Shown: positions 49,351-64,000, counted from the first letter of the stretch. The stretch is DNA of 64,000 nucleotides from Okamejei kenojei (GCA_035221665.1 CM069135.1:56172001-56236000); one strand, 5' to 3'. Notes: generated by a model not told the origin, from the letters alone. A program made the numbers and translations.

Positions 49351-52312
49351 TTTTTAAATAGAACTGGTAGGCATGAAAGAAAATAATTGCCATCTTCTGT
49401 GAAAGACAGAGAGGAATTGGACGGAGTAGTTTACTCTGGAAGAAGGTGGCATAATGGCTGAATTTCTTCCTCTAATTTGAAAATTTGAAATGACTCTCTG
49501 GCACAACAAAAGATAAAATCAGACTTTCTATTTCCAATATGAACTACATATCCATTAATTTTCTCCTCCAAACCATGGATCACCTTTGAATCCTCAAATG
49601 AACTTCCATCTCAAGCCCTTGTCTGCTGTGTACAACAAAGTTCCAACAGGAAAGGAGTGAGAACTAAAAATAGGAAAAGAAATCCCAAACAATAAAGTAG
49701 TGCTGCAATTAAAACAGCTGAAATTATCTCAGACATGTTGTGGAGGAATCAGGACAAGTGCACCCTAATATTCCAAAGCCAGCTTCACAAATATTCTTCA
49801 CTAGCTCAGAATAGCTTGTTTTAACTATGAATCAAGATAGAGAGTATATTTTATATTCAGTTAATAGAGAAAATAATTCAATTTTGACTGGATACTTTGA
49901 TTATGTAGTAAATATTTTTTCAAAAACAAGGTTTCACATTTGCTTCTCAATACCTAATTGTGGGTATAGTGTAAGTCAGCCGTTACATTGTCGAGCAAGT
50001 TAGACATAGTTCTAATGTATAGAGGAAGGATGCATGGGATATTTATATTTTATATTTAAGAGAAACAAAACTATAATTAACAGAATAGGACTTGTAAAGG
50101 AAATATATGTGATGAAAACATTAAAGCTGGAGGCTAAAGTTGACACTGGGAACATACATAGAAGCACAGAAATTTATAGCACAAAATGAGACTCAATCCA
50201 TCATGCTTGTGCTGATACTAAAAATTCAAGCTCTGCCCGTACATTTTACAGCTACAGATCGCATTATATGGAACAAACCCTTCAGCCAACCACATGCGCA
50301 GAGTTCAATGAGCACCATCTACACCATTCCTACTTACATCCTCATCAACTCCTCCCTAAAACAATCCTCCCACCACTCATCTTACACGAGGGGCACTTTC
50401 TGCAGTACTCAATTAGCCTCATTGCATGTGGGAGGTATCCAGAGCACCTGGAAAAAACTCATAGTCACAGGTAGAATATGCAAACTCTACATTTCAATCA
50501 GAACGAACCCATTTGTTTTTTAGCTATAGCCGACAGTTCTATCTGTAGTGTCACCATGATGCTTCCACCCGCTACAACATGTGGAAACACATTTTCTTTC
50601 AATTCATGGAAAGGTATACAACTTTTGAGATTTGTAAAGAATAAAGAGATATGATGAACATGAAAAAGTACACATATTTGGCATGAGAATTCATCTTGAT
50701 TGAAAATAATACAAAGGCAGACTTCCAAATTGCCACCAGGCATAAAATTAACTTTGCAAACTAGCCAACTATTGTAAACTCTGCTTGATTTTAAGTTGTA
50801 AATCAATGAATGGAATGAAAATTGATCTGTATTTCTGATGTGCAAGAATTAAAAAAAATGTAACAGTGTACCATTTTGAGACTTTGAAAGCCAACAGACT
50901 AAAATAATCAAAAATGATGAACGTGGAACCATTGGAAATTATCTCAAGCTCATTTCCCCAATAACATTTGTGAACCAAGCTTTTACCTTTCTCAGCCAGT
51001 TTACAGAAATCAGACCAAAACAGGGCGTAGATTATCCATTCAAACAAATTGGCATGATTCCAAACCCGACAAGTATTTTTAAGCCTCATCCAACTGGTCT
51101 GTAAACAATAAAATTGTGTCTCAGTTGATACGACTTTGCTGTGTGGTTTCTCTTGGTCAGATGTTTGCATCAAGATGCAATTCTCTGGCAGATTGATATC
51201 AACTCATTTAATCTGGTTTCTTTCCTACCTGGCTCTTTGTAACAAAAATGTTAGACTGACCTTATAAAGTACTGCAAGTAAAACTATGCATGAATTGTGT
51301 TCAAGGAACTGCTTACTTTGAAGAATGGGTGCTGGCAACAGCAAAGGAATTGTGTTGTGTTGGTTTTGCTTCATGAATCTAACTAGAAAGTATTACATTA
51401 AACTGCTGCATTATGCTGACCAAAAGGTTATTGTTGATTCTTCGCATTATCATTAACAAAATGTATTCATTTTTAAAATGTATTTATCTTTCATGATCTG
51501 AGCATCATCAGATGGTCTAGCTTTGATTGACTATTCCTGATTGCGACAGAAATGGCGATGGTGATTTTCTTCACTGCAGTCCTTCTGAAGTCACTCCCAC
51601 ACAACACTCTATTCGGACTCAATGATATTGTGGTCATGAATGTACCTTCCCAAGTCAGTCTGGTGATATGAAGCAGAGGTGTTCATATGTTCCCCCTAAC
51701 CTTGTTATGCTAAGTCATATAAGTTGTGGCTATGGAAGGAGCTGTCAGAGCATTAACATGGAGATACACAAGACTGCAGATGCATAAACCTTGAACAAAA
51801 AACTGCTGTGAGAACTCAGCAGGTCAGGCAGATTTTCTTTTGTAATTGAATATAAACCTGGGAATCACTCATTTTCTCTCACCTCACAAAATAATCTGCA
51901 GCTGGCCATAAACCAGGTAATAGTTTACCAGTAAATATGCAAATCAGATTACTACCAAAATATGCTCAGTCCCTATCTTTGGAACATGTTGTCAGAAAGT
52001 CTTCCAAAAGCAAAAATAGAACAGAAATAAAAACAGGAAATGCCAGAAATACTCTGCAAGTGGGACAGTATTGTGGAAGAGAAAGAGAGTCAATGTTTCA
52101 GATCAATGACCCTTCATGACTCTAATGCTAAACTAGGAATAGAAATGACAAGAGGGAAGATGCAGTTTCTTAAGGCGGCTGAAGAGATGACCAGTTTTGC
52201 AATGACTGAGTAAGTGCACATTACAGCATACATCCAGCATGAAGACCCAGAACCTCTCAATGGTTAATGACATTCAGGAAATTTCAGTAGCTTTAAGGCC
52301 GAGTTATCAAAA

Positions 52313-54100
52313 ATGAATGAATGAACGAGTAAGTTTATTGGCCAAGTATTCACATACAAGAAATTTGCCTTGGTGCTCCACCCGCAAGTGACAACATGAC
52401 ATACAGTGACAGTTAAGATTGATACATAAGACATTAAACATTAATAATAAAACATTATTGATTAAACATGTGAATTAAATAAAATACCAGAGCAAAAGGA
52501 GGCTACAGATTTTTGGTTATTGAGTAGAGCTACTACTCGTGGAAAAAAGTTGTTTTTATGTCTGGCTGTGGCAGCTTTGACAGTCCGGAGTCGCTTTCCA
52601 GAGGGAAGTGATTGAGTTTGTGGCCAGGGTGAGAGGGGTCAGAGATGATCTCGCTTCCTGGCCCTTGCAGTGATCAGTTTGTCAATGGAGGGAAGGTTGC
52701 TGCCAATAACCTTCTCAGCTGATCGGACGATTCACTGCAGCCTCCGGATGTCGTGCTTGGTGGCTGAGCCAAAACAGACCATGATGGAGAAGGTGAGGAC
52801 ACACTCTACGATGGCCGTGTAGAATTGGACCATAATTGCCTGTGGCAGATTGTGCTTCCTCAGCTGCCACAGGAAGTACATCCTCTGTTGTGCCTTTTTG
52901 ACTGTGGAGTCGATGGTAGCCCCCACTTAAGGTCCTGGGAGATGATGGTTCCCAGGAACTTAAAAGACTCCATATAAGTGACTGTGGTGTTGTTGATGGT
53001 GAGTGGGGTGAGAGGAGGGGTGAGCTCTCCTAAAGTCTACAATCAATTCCACTGTCTTAAGAGCATTGAGCTCCAGGTTGTTGCAATGGCACCAGGACGC
53101 CAGCTGTGATACTTCCTGTCTGTAGGCAGATTCCTCCCCATCCTGGATCAGTCCAATCAGGGTTGTGTCATCCGCAAACTTGAGAAGCTTGACAGAGGAG
53201 TCAGTGAAGGTGCAGTCATTGGTATAGAGAGAGTAGAGGAGAGGGGAGAGTACTATGCTGAGGGATTGGGGGTCCGAGATGTGCTTTCCCAGCCTCACAT
53301 GCTGTTTCCTGTCTGTCAGGAAACTGGTGATCCACCGATAGAGGAGTTCAGGCACAGTCAACTCGGAAAGTTTGGAGTGTAGTAGCTCTGGCACAATGGT
53401 GTTGAATGCAGAGCTAAAATCAACAAACAAAATCCTCGCATAGGTCCCCTGGTCTAGGTGCTGGAGGATGAAGTGCAGGCCCAGGTTGACTGCGTCATCC
53501 AGTGATCTATTGGCCCGATATGCAAACTGTATATCTTCAAACTTCATGAGGTCAGTGCAACAGGCCTATAGTCATTAAGACCAGTAATCCTTGCCTTTTG
53601 GGGTACAGAGACAATAGTGGAGACTTTGACTTTGCAGGGACTGTTTGAAAATGTCTGTGAAGCCAGTTGTTCGGCACAGAGCTTGAGAGTAGAGGGGGAA
53701 ACATTGTCCGGTCCTGGAGATTTCTGGCTTTTCTGTCTTCTGAACAGCCTCTCCACCTCTATTTGTATTGGTGATGATGGAGGAGATGTTGTGCAGCAAG
53801 GAGGGTGTGGGTAATTGGGTGTGAAGTGGTGATTGGAGAGGGGTGGGTGGGAAAGGGTACAGTCTTTTCAGACTGGAGTCTTGCTCTAAGTAGGTGTGAA
53901 GTGGTGAATGGGAAGGAGAGGGTGCAGAAGGGTCCATTCTTTGCAGACTGGGTTCCGGCTGTGTTTGTTGGGGAGGGGGTACCAGGGTTACGTTTCTGCT
54001 TGTCAAACCTGCAGTAGAACTCAATCAGGTCATTGGTCAGCTGATGATTGTCCACAGAGCGGAGAAGGCAGCTATGGAAGTCTGCTAGCTAATAGCTTTT
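52313..54100 (-). mobile_element. Rex-Babar (Rex1-like) LINE, 5'-truncated and degenerate
   Basis: KSPGPD...LNDYRPVALTS, QFAYRANRSLDDAV...FVDFSSAFNTIVP...LSPLLYSLYTND...KFADDTT, KKAQQRMYFL..LRK; (ATTC)n tail. Confidence 0.95.
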
Positions 54101-54641
54101 AAGTAACTATGTAAAGTCCACAATTATATTGCCAGCTGGAAAGATGATGAATCAGTCTGAAATCCACACCTCCCTCTCTTGCATACACTTTGCATTAGGA
54201 TTGACTGTACTCCAATCCATCATGGACAAAATTATGTTATTTGTCCTTAGTGACCTGTTTACTAAGTCTTGATAAAATTAAAAGGATCCAATTTCCTCAT
54301 AATGATAGGTCTGTAGACTCTTAAATTCAACAAAGCTGGCACTAAGTAAATAAGGTATTTGTCAAATCATCAACAATACACCAATTTCAAAGAGTTTTTG
54401 TTTTATTATCACCAGCATCCTTTCAGATTGGACATTGGGATTTTCATCAGCACCATTCTAAATTTCCCCATTGTCAACATCGTACATTAGACCAGTTAAT
54501 ACCAAGCTAAATAAATTCATGCATCAAAATAACATATTACCCAAAATATGTATTACAGAAGTTACGAATTTATTTTGTGGCGCACATTTGTAGGATACAT
54601 TAAAATGTCAGTCAAAACTAAGCTAATTACTGTCCACCACT

Positions 54642-54961
54642 GGCAGCACAGTGGCGCAGCAGCAGAGTTGCTGCCTTACACCGCCAGGTTCCTGGGTTCG
54701 ATCCTGACTACGGGTGCTGTCTGTACGGAGTTTGTATGTTCTTCTTGTGACCAAGTGGGTTTTCTCGTGGGTGCTCCGGTTTCTTCCCACACTCCAAAGA
54801 CGTACAGGTTCGTAGGCTAATTGGCTTTGTTAAAATTGTGAATTATCCCTAGTATATAGGACAGTGCTTGTGTATGAGTAGATCGCTGGTTGGTGCAGAC
54901 TCGGTGGGCTGAATGGCCTGTTTCTGCACTGTTTCTGTCAAGTCTAAATCTAAAGTCTAAC
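54642..54961 (+). mobile_element. tRNA-derived V-SINE (HE1-like)
   Basis: GGCAGCACAGTGGCGCAGC...GGTTCGATCC...GGTGCTCCGGTTTCTTCCCACACTCCAAAGAC; (TCTAAA)n-like tail. Confidence 0.9.
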
Positions 54962-57900
54962 AGCAAATATTCCAAATACCAAGACTGATGATTGCTCCAA
55001 TTATAAATGCATGATAGGAAGGGCAAAAGCATAGGTATTCCTTGCAAACAAATTTCTTTCACTCTTCATGCGATTATATTGTCTACACACTCTGTGTGTC
55101 CTGAGCAAACTGTGTTTTGCCTTTGGTTGCAGTCTGTTTTGTAATTAACTCAGAAGGTTGGATATATTTCCCTTCATCAACTTCAGTAAAAACATACATT
55201 ATAAAGTGGCAAAATATTAGGAGAGAATGCTAAAGGACCCTTCTCGTCAGTGTCTCAATGTGTGTGATTTTTTTTAAATGCAAAATAGTTGCAGAAAACA
55301 GGAAAGGAAAAGGCAAATTGTTAAGATTTTCAAGTGTGTGATAGTTCCAAATTTAAAAGCAAGTATTTTATGAAGTTGAAGTTTTAACCAGTAGGAAAGT
55401 AGCAAACCATCAATGCTAGAGTGTAGAATGGATATAATAACTATTGGTTAGAACTTTGCAGCTTACTATCAAAAGATGAAAGAGAGGACAAAGAGTTTGT
55501 GCTAAGATACCCAACAGAATCAATGCAACTCTCTCCAGATCCAATCCCAGAATGGTAGTGTATTGTAGTAATGACACTTAAGCATGTCAGTGCATGTGAA
55601 CGGAGATGACTCAGACAAGTCAGAATCAAAGACTGATGCCAAGATGCAAATTCCCAGTTGGCAGAACATAACACAATACATTGTAGTACCAATGCAATGA
55701 AGTAAAATTAATACATTTCAAAGGCAGAATACAATGCATAAATGCTACTTTGTAGTATATTTAGTAAGACTAACCGAGGATGAATTATGAAGTATACATA
55801 TTTGATATAATGTACTTAAAAGGCAATTGTGGGATGTTAAGAATCATACCCACAAGAGAGGCACATAGCATGCCAAATGTATTCTCTCTTCACTCTCAGT
55901 TACTTTTTTGTTGTATTGCAGCACTTCTTTTAATACCAATTTTGAACTGGGAGTGGGGACTGGTTTGGAAGCATGGCGGAGAGGCCACAGGCTTATTTTG
56001 GTCAAAACATTGTTGATTAATACAAAACTTATTGTGAGCTCAAAATACTGGCTATACTGAAAACATAGAGGTCGTAATGTGGTTCTGACAGTCAACGATA
56101 TGTCTTATTTGCTTAAGAAATGCATAAAGAAAGAATGGCCATTAACTTAAATAGCTGAGAATAAAAGTGACTACAGCACATCATCTGCATCATCAAATGT
56201 CCATTAAGCACCTACTTCATTTTGATTTCAAAGGATAATCCGGTGAGATGTACAACAGGCTACAGCATTAGCGTTCGATCTATCAGAGAAGGTTAATACC
56301 CACCGCATGCACAATAACTTTTTACAAAAAACTGTATTATCTGATTACTTTACATTAAACCACTTGTGGAAACATATTATATAACAATGTGTTAAAAGTT
56401 TATTGGTTCATTCGAAAGAAATAGACATTAAGTCAACTACATTCCAAAATCTAAGGCCGGTATAACAATCATATTTTAAATGCATCTAGTCTACTTTTCC
56501 ACTAGGTTTATCTTCCAACAAGTTAATATATATGTACTCTGACAGATACTCAGATAGATATATAATCCGAGTAAATATCCATTACAGACGGAAGTTTGAT
56601 ATATCAGACCCAGAATTTGTAGAATATCACAATGCAAAGCCCCACTTAAAGCACATTGTAATGCATCAGTAATACCATGGCTTCTCTCTATATTTTTATG
56701 GAGATATTAATGACTACTACTTAATCTATTTCCCCAGGTTATAAATCTCCCAGAGGAGGGACTACTTCCTCTTGCAGAATAGATATGTTAGATTTGTGAA
56801 AAGCATTAACAACCAGCAATCTGAATCCTGAGCCAGAGTAAAACAACAAAAGTACATATAGAAGCATACACGAGATTGATAGAATGTATACCAACTGGGT
56901 ATGAGCATAAATAACACAATTAGATAATAGATTAAAAAAACAGTAACACAGTTATACCATGCCTTCCATGGGCCCGAGATAATCCTCAAATGCTTGACAG
57001 CTAGTGAATTCGTTTTTTTGATGAGGAAGCATATCAAGAGACCCTGATCAAGCAACAAATAATTAAAAATTGATATGCAAGGTAAGTTACAGAATCAAAA
57101 TAAAGTGTTCTAACAAAAAAAACTACATATTATTTTTGAACATACTATAGGCACAGACGGAAGAAATTTGCTGGCTGTCACCCAAAGATAGGACCCATAA
57201 TTTGTTGATAGGAAGTTGGACTCTAGATTACGAGTATCTGGAGAATGCTATACACAATGTACATGCTTTGCTCACTGTAAAACACTTTGTAATTAATCTC
57301 AAACCAGAACTACAGATTTAGAATATGAAATATTTTGTTGTTGTTTCATGTATCTTGGTATTTATGTTATGCTGGCCTTCATGTAACTAATGCATCTGGT
57401 AGGGTTTCACCCCATCACTGTAATTCATCACAGGACAACTTTGTCACTGTTAAAACCTACTTTTAGTCCCGAGAATTTGTTTCACTGTACTGAACATGCA
57501 ACACTATTAGATACAGCTAGTGTTTGATGGAACAATTCTCTTAACTGGCAGAGGTTTAAGTAATCACATTTTGAACTTGGAATTTGGTCTCCAATAGCAT
57601 AATTATTTCCTGGGTATTACCGTTCATTTGCATACAGAGGAAATATAAACCCTGGTAACTGCTGTGCACTAATGGACTGAAAACTGAGCACTCAATATTT
57701 ATATTCATGCAATCTGCCATCTCAACAGCTGGAACTTCTGGAAATGGAGTAAGGTTACTGCTTTCTGTCCAGTGGTTGTTGACAGTAACAGAAAATTATG
57801 TCTCATCATTTTGTTCAAACACTGTGCTATAGGTACTGCATTTAAAATTATTTTGATCTCCCCATTTGTTTCTGAGTTCCAGGATATTGTGAATGCATTG

Positions 57901-58959
57901 TTAGTGGCCATTTTAAATGAATTAGGAGATATAAAGACTCATATGATCTTGTCCTGTCCAATCCTACTCATTCGTTTTCTTCTCATTTGTTCAACCCTCT
58001 GATGTTCTAATCAACCAATGTTGAATGTACTGAACTAAAGTACAGTAGAGATAATTTTCCCTGTAACCTCAAAATAAAATAAAATGTTCAGGCATATAAA
58101 TATAATCTTTTTAGGAGAAAGAATATATTTAAATTCAGTGCTCATAATTTCCTTCCAAGTTTTGAACAGCACAATTTTTGGATAACTAGGACTGGAAAAT
58201 GGATAGAGCTTATCAACAACAAGATGTAACATGCTCAGCAAACAATACATGTATCCATCAATCATATATAAAAATATTGTCAGCTGCAGGCACAAAGCAT
58301 GCTCGGAGCTATAAGCTACGAGACCACTGTGCCTATTCAGGTTGGAATTACGAGTTTCTGAACCTCAATTAATAACAAAATGTCAGGCTTCCAAGACAGG
58401 CTTAGGGCCCCATTAGAAATGCTACAGACATTCTAACCACAGAATTCTACTGATAATATACTCAAAACTTCACTCATTCGTTATTTCAACATTGTAGCAT
58501 TGGCTTGATAGGAAAACAAACTTTGAAGTCAAAAGGTATTTTATAAAATATTGTGAAATTCAACGGTGTGCCAGCTTTATTGCATGTTGCTTTTGAAACT
58601 AAATTGGCTGTATTCATAATTATTAGTGTATGTTTGTTAAAAACCTATATGCTCATTTAAATTACGGTTGATAAATGCATTCATTAATCCTGAATTAATT
58701 TCTGAACATGAATGCTAAGCCAATAGAGTGCACAAATTAAGCAAAGTACCACAAATCACAAGATGGAAAAATACAATGAACATAGATCGAAAGCCAAATT
58801 TCAATAGGTAAATGCTCATTTTTGCAAGGATAAAGCAAAAATGTTCAATTTCTGCTTGCATCTTCACTATGGTCATTTCTATCTGACAATTAAACTCATA
58901 ATCATACCTTTCGGTCAGTAATTGGAACCTGAGGAATGTTTAGATATTAATTTAAATCA

Positions 58960-59128
58960 CAGTGCCAGAGTCATGCAAGATGGAAATAGGCCCTTCAACC
59001 CAATTTCCACATGCCAACCAAAATGCCCCAGCAACACTATTTGCACCTGCCCACATTTGGTCCATATCCCTGTAGATCTTTCCTACCCATATACCTATCC
59101 AAATGTCTTTTAGAAGTTGTCATAGTAG
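58960..59128 (-). mobile_element. CR1-group LINE 3' end remnant
   Basis: Reverse-complement similarity to 44640-44810 (GGAAATAGGCCCTTC...CATATCCC...ACCTATCCAAATGTCTTT). Confidence 0.75.
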
Positions 59129-62100
59129 ATGGGCATTCTTTTGTTATTGTTGTTTTTTCTAATTGTTTTAAAAAACAACTCAACATGATGCCGAGCGTAA
59201 GTAATTTAATTATCCATCAATTCTGTCTTGAAGGTACAGAACTGATTTTTCACAAGGAAGTTATCAACCTCTACACTATAAGGTAATGGTACATTTCCCA
59301 GAAACTTGAAAAACACTAATGAGTTTGTATGATGTTACAAACTAAAATTTAGCAAAGATAAGTATTTCTGACTATAATAAATTGTAAACATTCATTTTGT
59401 GAATGATTTGATGCCGTTTTCCTGAGGCGTGACGTTATGAGCAGCTACTGAAGGGAGATGATGCCATCAATGGGATAAAACTGCCGCTCATTTGAATTTA
59501 ATTGCAATATCCTTAGTGAAATTGCAACATGATTGCCATCTGAATTATTGGAGAATTTACTCAGTGACCGCTGGGAGAAATTTAGATGGATGGGCAGGTG
59601 AATCATTGTATTCCAAGCTAAATGAAATTGATCAATGAATTTGATAAAGCAATATTCTCTGTAGCAAAAAACTTAGTAAATATCAAATAAAAATCTATGT
59701 GGTATTGCAGGCAACGTTATTATTTGAACATAACTATATCACCTGACAGGAACTTCTTTGTTGACTTGTTTGATTTACTCCAATTGGGATAACAAAAAGA
59801 TGTTTTTTACAATATGACTTACTGGTAACAATTAAAATTAACGAAGAAATGAACTTGTATTCTCAAAGTTTTTCACAGCCAATTAAATAATTGTAATATA
59901 TATGAATAAAAACACAACGAAATTGAACAACATTTCACACAGATAGAAGAGGTATAATGGTCAGATAGTCTGCTTTATCGTGTACGAGAGATATGTCTCA
60001 TGAAAACTCCCTAGCATTACCCCATTTGTTAAAATGGTCATAATGCATGTCACTGACTAGGTGCAAGATAATTATTACATCTACGTCCTCCAATTTAATC
60101 CTGTATGGTTATTTAGTTGTCCAAAATTAACAATTTATTGTTGTCACTGTTTTCAACAGTTAAGTATACTTTTGTTTTAGGTAGGTAGTTGTAATGATTT
60201 CAACAATTACTTGAATTGATCAATGACCCCTCATTTTCCTGTTGGTTATTTCTGAAAAATAAAATTAAAGTGATACGTCACAATGGTCCAAGAGCATATG
60301 ATGTCAACTTTGACATTAAATTTGGTAGTCAGCCAGATGCATCTGACGCTAGCTTGTGGGTTGTCAAGGAGATGTGGTCAACCTGTTGGGTGAGATAAAC
60401 TGCTAATTGGCCCCACTGGAGGAATCAACTGCATGAAATATATATGCTTTTTGGTTTAAGGTGATGTACCTGCCAAAGGAATGTTGCAGTTGAATGGTTA
60501 ATCATGTTTTTTGGGAAATTAAAATGTCCAAATAAAATCAAATATTTAAATGTGCTTGCTTCCTTATTACAAGGTACAATTGTTTTACTCTATTTTCTGG
60601 CACAACAAAGAGTTTCATTTTTTAAATTATATTTAGCAAGATCCACATTATTTCATAGCCACTGGCTACAAGTTTCAGCACTTCTGTTATATTTCACTCC
60701 GCACAAGCATGGTTTCAATGCAAGGTAGCAATAGCAGAACTTTGTGCAAGTGAGCTGAATTTATTTTCAACATTAAGCCTTTTAGTTAGCAAAGTTTGAA
60801 AGGATAAATTTGAACGAAGGCCAAACTATTAGCTGCCTTTATTAAATGTCACCAAGGCATGGATCCAAGACAGCCCCAAGTTTTGACAATTATTTTTTTG
60901 ATACAATTTTATTTGCTGTTCCAAACAATTATATTTACTTTGTCAGCACCATGAATACATCACATCAATAAAACTTTATTCCTTCCGGGAATGAACCAAC
61001 ATTCAGCTGCTCAGATTTACACAACCTGAAGTATCAAACTAACACGCAACACCAACAACTTTCTCTAAAGATCCTTATTTCAACTGAGCGTAAATTGAAC
61101 CAAAATTACTATATTCAGAACACCAAATATATGCAAAATCTGAGAAGATCTCTTTGATTTTACACCCACTTCTTTACCAGTATGAATTCAAATGAATTTT
61201 CTAATGCAAAGTAACTCCAAATAAGCATGGAATATGCATGACTTTAATGAAACCCCCATGTTACTAACAACAAAGTGAATGGCTATTAATCATATGCAAG
61301 TCAATTGAACCACCTTTAATGTAAACATGTACAGGTAAAAATACTGGACTATGTCAGCAAGAATTCAAATACTAATAACTAGCGAAAATTATTCAGATTC
61401 CACAAAAATCCAAATGCGGTAACTATTTCATGATGCAGTGATTTTTCAGTGCAATTTCAATTATTTTTAAAATTACATCAAGAATTTAACAGAAATGTTT
61501 AAAATAATTTCAAATGATATCCAATCTCTTTGTTTTATTGTGGTAGAGCACTATAAGGAATGACATGTCACTGCCCTGATCATCTGCCTTTGTATCACAA
61601 AGGCTGCATCTGTGTTGAATAACTTTCATGTTAAATTATTTCCCAGAAGGGTTGATTCACTGAAGGTGGCACAAAATAAAACAGCTTATTTTGACAGTTA
61701 TCAGTCATTTCTAACATACTTGGAAAAAAAAGTAACATTTTAATTCTATGTAATATGGGACTGTGATAAAGATGGGAACAGCAACAGCTGTGATTGTAAT
61801 GTCACAATAGCAGCAGCAATTGAGCTAATGCACATGCATTTGTGTTGATAAGCATTGTGTGTGAGATAGATGATTTTTTTATGGTAAGCAGAATGACAAC
61901 AACGATGGGGCTTGATTGAAGGCATATATTTACAAAAAGAATTATAGTCCTACAAAATGCAAACAGAGCGAGTTCAAAGATTCAGAGAGAGAGAAAGAGA
62001 AAGAGAAAACAAGGATAACTTGTCAAGGAGTCAGAAGGAGAAACATCGATGAACAGACAAACCAGGGTCAGTCAGTGAGGTGTAAGAAGCAAAGAAATTG

Positions 62101-62787
62101 AGACAACTAGGCAGAGAATGGAGATAGTTTGTTAATAAAGCTCATGGAGCAACACCTCACTATGGATGGTGATTCACTATATTTGGTTTTGAATTCAGAT
62201 TAATGCAAACTCTACAGAGGTTATAAAAATAATCAATTTGAACAGTATTTTAGGAGATTGTATTAATTTTCCTGCAGCACGTCAAACAACTAAACTTAAA
62301 CATTTTGTCTTCTTATCAAATAATGCTCTGTAGAATTTTGATAAATTGAATCATGGCAAAGAATCTCAGATTCTAGTTGTCTCATTTTTTTTCAGTTATA
62401 ACTTGATAATAATTTCCACTTGCAGTTTGACTAAAGGGTCAATTAAGTTAAAAGCAGATATACCAGCAACTTCAAAAGGTATCAATTTCTATCATCTCTT
62501 TCTCCTGGCTTTCGATAATTTAGAACAACCAAAAGGGGAGCATAAGATTGAAATTATATATTTATTTATTTTTTAAATATACATACCATTAAAACTTGCC
62601 CAGAAACATGCAGTTTATGGCCATGATTGTGTGACAGAGAAAGAAAACGTATTCTAGCATTTATCAATACTCACAGTGAGCTTCCAATTAAGTGCAGGAT
62701 AACTAGAGATATAGACTGAAACACAACACACCTCTGAACAATGAATGGAAAAATCCGAGTCTGACGACCAACGTCAATTTTACTTAC

Positions 62788-63038
62788 CTTCAAATGGCAG
62801 GACCTGCAGCATCACCACCCAGAGTAATTATTTATGGTGCACAGACATTCAAGAGAGAAGGGAAGTGACTGAAAATTGCATTTTTCTTTCAGTATTGCTT
62901 AAAAATGATTCTCGTTTGAAAGTGGTTCAAGGTCCACAAGAATTCACTCATAATAAAGGTCTAGGATCATCAGTTATTCAAACTACTGTCAGAAGTTATT
63001 TATTGTACTCCATCCTTATTTGTGCCACTCAACACCAA
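62788..63038 (-). other. Candidate non-coding (5' UTR) exon of the minus-strand host gene
   Basis: Consensus donor AAG|GTAAGTA (GT at 62787-62786); possible acceptors TTAAC..TTTCACTTTCAG (63040-63039) or TTTTCAG (62870-62869); no phase-0 open frame; close to the CpG island. Confidence 0.35.
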
Positions 63039-63480
63039 CTGAAAGTGAAACTCATGTTAAGAGGTTTGAAATGCTTAGTGTTTACTCACTCTTGCAGGAG
63101 CCAAGTTTTTGTTGACTAATTGCAATGTCAGAATAATTCTGACATGTGTAAACCATATTTTATCATAACAAAACCACGCACAATATGTCAATTTGGAGGG
63201 AGGTGGGGGGGGGGGGGGGGATTAAAGACCATTCTCAATCGACAATCATTTTTCTACGGTTTAAATCTGGAAAAATATAGTGTTTTCATTTCTTGTATTA
63301 AGCTTACCTATTAACTTGAGGAACCAGATTTCTGTAATAACTGCATTTTCACCCCTTGTTCATTACATGTCAATCTCAAGAACAAGCGCGATTGTAAACA
63401 GTTCCCAAGCCCTCCGTTTAATATCTCCAAAGCAAGATTTTTTGGATAGAGAGATTTTTTTTAAACCTACATTCTAAAGG

Positions 63481-63502
63481 TCAGTCAGTCAGTCAGTCAG
63501 TC
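63481..63502. repeat. (TCAG)n microsatellite
   Basis: TCAG x5.5. Confidence 0.95.
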
Positions 63503-63539
63503 GTCCGATATTATGGAAAGAAAGTTGGCATGTTTTTTT

Positions 63540-64000
63540 GTTCGATTTGCAGTCCAAGAGCAAAGCGGACAGTTGAAATGATGCTGTGGTCGGTGCTCAT
63601 CAACCGAGGGGCCAAGTGTCTTTCCCATCAATAGGAGGAGGTGCAAGGTCCGTGAACTCGATGCACTCGCCCTTGGCCCTTGTGACCCTTTGATCTGGTG
63701 CAACTTGACCTTGGTGCCAAGTCAAAGCAGTGCGCGGATGTGCAAGAGGCTGCCCCCGTGGATCGCGGGGAGCCGCGCGCACCGGGTGGGAGGGAGGGCG
63801 GGAGGGCGGGCGGCGCTCCCGGGCGGCCCGGGGGACAGGAGAGGACAGGGGGCGGCGGAGCCCCTCCACGCCCCCCTCCCCATGAGTGCAAAGAGTTCAG
63901 AGTTGGTGCTGACTTTTTTTTTCCGCCTGCGCTATGCGACAATCCCAGAATGCAACGCCTGATAGGTCGGCACTACCACTACCCACCCCCACCAACCCCC
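63540..64000. promoter_or_regulatory. CpG island edge / probable promoter-proximal region
   Basis: Abrupt rise in GC and CpG density with several GGGCGG boxes (~63795-63860), not resembling the window's repeats; continues off the window. Confidence 0.75.

Noticed and set aside
63497-63962. Pro/Arg/Gly-rich ORFs in the CpG island
   Set aside because: Expected from GC-rich stop-poor DNA; no recognisable domain.

Overview
Eukaryotic, AT-rich, repeat-dense vertebrate DNA. The repeat repertoire points to a cartilaginous fish, probably a skate or ray (inference): tRNA-derived V-SINE/HE1-type SINEs, CR1 LINE 3' ends with (CATAGAAA)n-type tails, Rex-Babar LINEs and Penelope-like elements. The window appears to be the intron-rich 5' part of a minus-strand host gene. 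One convincing 78-nt phase-0 exon (20737-20814, NDEQPEKNRNKEKRRGRPGRKRKQTM) resembles DNMT3A exon 3, and a CpG island lies at the right edge (~63540-64000). Almost all listed ORFs are chance ORFs or transposon debris. Recognisable elements: a Penelope-like retroelement (RT + GIY-YIG) with an inverted pseudo-LTR and a hammerhead-ribozyme motif, plus many short derivatives; an internally deleted Gypsy LTR element with a tRNA-Trp PBS; a decayed hAT transposase (KIAA1586/ZNF862-like); two Hero-clade RLE LINE 3' ends; Rex-Babar and CR1 LINEs; a Harbinger-type MITE; and a possible decayed Harbinger Myb/SANT gene. The most unusual observation is a conserved RNA fold in the two Hero 3' UTRs: a kink-turn plus all three hammerhead core strands in non-canonical order. 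Boundaries of old repeats are approximate, and no database searches or folding programs were run.
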